Shown here piece after piece: positions 1-64,000 of a stretch of DNA of 64,000 nucleotides. The position numbers and the translations under genes are program-made. Under the pieces are notes generated by a model that searched no databases, was not told the DNA's origin, and was given only the letters and a program-made list of their open reading frames with translations. Numbering within the stretch: the stretch's first letter is position 1; each line of letters begins with the position of its first letter. The stretch is from Podarcis filfolensis (lineage: Eukaryota), in NCBI GenBank assembly GCA_964270895.1, contig OZ185435.1; one strand, 5' to 3'.

Positions 1-93
1 AAATCCAACAAATAGCAGGGTCACTTATATTTCACAGTTAATAATTCCAGTCCAACGCAGGGCCAACTGAAAGTTTTTCCCTCAGCTTTTGTT

Positions 94-240
94 AAGGGCA
101 GATATTTAAACATCTCCTGAAACGATAGGCATTGCGGATGTTTTTTGAATGTGCTGGACCCAGTAGAACATATTCTTTTATACTGTCCATTGTACAACCA
201 GCTACGCAAATGTGTGCTATCCCCTTTTCTGGCTTGTCTA
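94..240 (+). mobile_element. Degraded non-LTR retrotransposon C-terminal CCHC zinc-knuckle fragment (RTEX/Tx1-like)
   Basis: In-frame KGRYLNIS*NDRHCGCFLNVLDPVEHILLYCPLYNQLRKCVLSPFL has the C-x-C...H-x4-C motif with one stop codon. Confidence 0.55.
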
Positions 241-348
241 ACATCACAGCACAATGAAAATGGTGGTGTGTTAACCAGGGCATTCGGGTGTTCCCTAGTT
301 TGTCTTGTATTTCTTGTGTCAATGTGGGTTTGTTGTTTTTGTAGAAGC

Positions 349-720
349 CTAGCAGGCTTTGGCTTGCCAGGTTTTTATCTGGAGGTTTTGTGCTGTGTGG
401 TGGAATAGTGGGTGGTGAGTCAGGGGGGTTAGTGGGGATGGGGTTGGGGACAGTTTACCTGCTTCTTCCTTCCATGCTTTAAGCATGGTCTGTGTGAACC
501 TGTTTAGCGTTGTGGGGATTTGTTTGGGAGGAATGGGTATGCCATGGTGGGGGTATTTTCGATTATGTCTCTCTCCAGGTGTACCCATTGTTTTGTTTCG
601 TCTTCTAGAATGCATGGGATTATGTGGTGCACTTGGTTGGCGATGTAGTATAGTTCTGTGCTGGGGATTCCTCACCACCCTTCTGGGGGGGGGAGGTGTA
701 GGTATTTGGGGTTTATTGCC
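349..720 (-). mobile_element. Degraded L1/Tx1-like ORF2 fragment
   Basis: Relic peptide TQTMLKAWKEEAGKLSPTPSPLTPL resembles the post-RT region of vertebrate L1/Tx1 ORF2 (recognition from memory). Confidence 0.5.
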
Positions 721-765
721 TCAAATTTTAGAAATGGAGCCAAATAAATTCAAGAAGCTACTCAC

Positions 766-63139
<62,374 letters not shown>

Positions 63140-64000
63140 TCAGCTTCTTAGATCCTAGAGGGCCTAAGACAGAAAGAGCAAAAGAAGGGAGCCCTAGAAA
63201 CACACAAGTTGGGTCGGAGAAGGCAACCTGTATGGTGGAGTGAAAGGGAAGGGTCTTGAGAGGGAAGGAAAACAGGAAGGGAATGGGCAGAGATCAAAGC
63301 AGGGCCCACCCAGAAGTGAAGTTCACATCTTGATTTGAATGACTCATCCCAGTAGTTCCACCTCAGGTCCCTTGTGGCATAAGATGCGATCTCATGGACT
63401 AGGAGTCCTTCTTTATTAGTAATGTTCCCTAGGTTTTCTTGCAAGAGAGGCCATGCATTCCTCATTGCCATGGTTTGTACTGTCCTGGTTGCTCTTAAAA
63501 AGTGCATAGCCATCACTCCATTAGGGAGAGCTTCTTGATCTCCAGCTAATCTGCTTTCTGGCTGTAGCTGATATGCATGCTGCTCCTCAGCTTCCCCTTC
63601 TTGACTGCTTTATACCCCTCCTGCCAATCTTATCCCCAAAATAAAAAAGCCTGACTCAGTTAGCTTTAACACCTTGCCATCTATTCCACACAGTGTGTGC
63701 CCCCCACAAGTTCCTTCTAGTTTAATACTATCATTTCAAGTGCCCTTTTGCACACAGTGCAACCAAAGCACCTGGCACCTGCATTCCTAAGAGGAACCCA
63801 ACTGGATCAGACCAAGAATTTGCTGCTCCAGAACCCCGTTTCTCACCATGTCCAGTCAGAAGCTTCCAAGAAGCTGTCCAAAAGGGCACAAAGGCCCAAC
63901 AAGCCCTCTCCCATTGCTTGTCTCCAGAATCTGGTCTGCAAAAGTAGACTGCTTCTGAATCTGGAGGCTCAATTTAGTGATCACAGATATTAGCCACTGA

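Overview
This window holds most of a vertebrate fibronectin gene (FN1) on the minus strand. I mapped 40 coding exons, numbered 3-42 by homology to the 46-exon human gene, from FnI-2 (62839-62976) to FnI-10 (766-930). All have GT-AG boundaries and compatible phases, and they sum to 6711 nt (2237 codons) in one open frame. Exons 1-2 lie beyond 64000 and exons 43-46 lie before position 1. The alternative segments EDB, EDA and V/IIICS are all present. The intronic repeats point to a squamate, probably a lacertid lizard (inference): a Sauria SINE, RTE-BovB, L1, L2, CR1, a Tc1/mariner MITE and several hAT MITEs. I found no second gene, RNA gene or CRISPR array, and no convincing new biological system. 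The most unusual observations are (1) a fossil partial copy of the FnIII-10a exon inside intron 29, split by a hAT MITE whose 8-bp target duplication is exon-derived sequence, (2) an unusually divergent EDB module, (3) an altered synergy site (APSRN), (4) a V region lacking REDV and the mammalian V95/V0 acceptors, (5) an intact TGCATG cluster downstream of EDB, and (6) an L1 inserted immediately next to the exon 34 donor. Comparisons with human, mouse or chicken sequences are from memory and need confirming by alignment.
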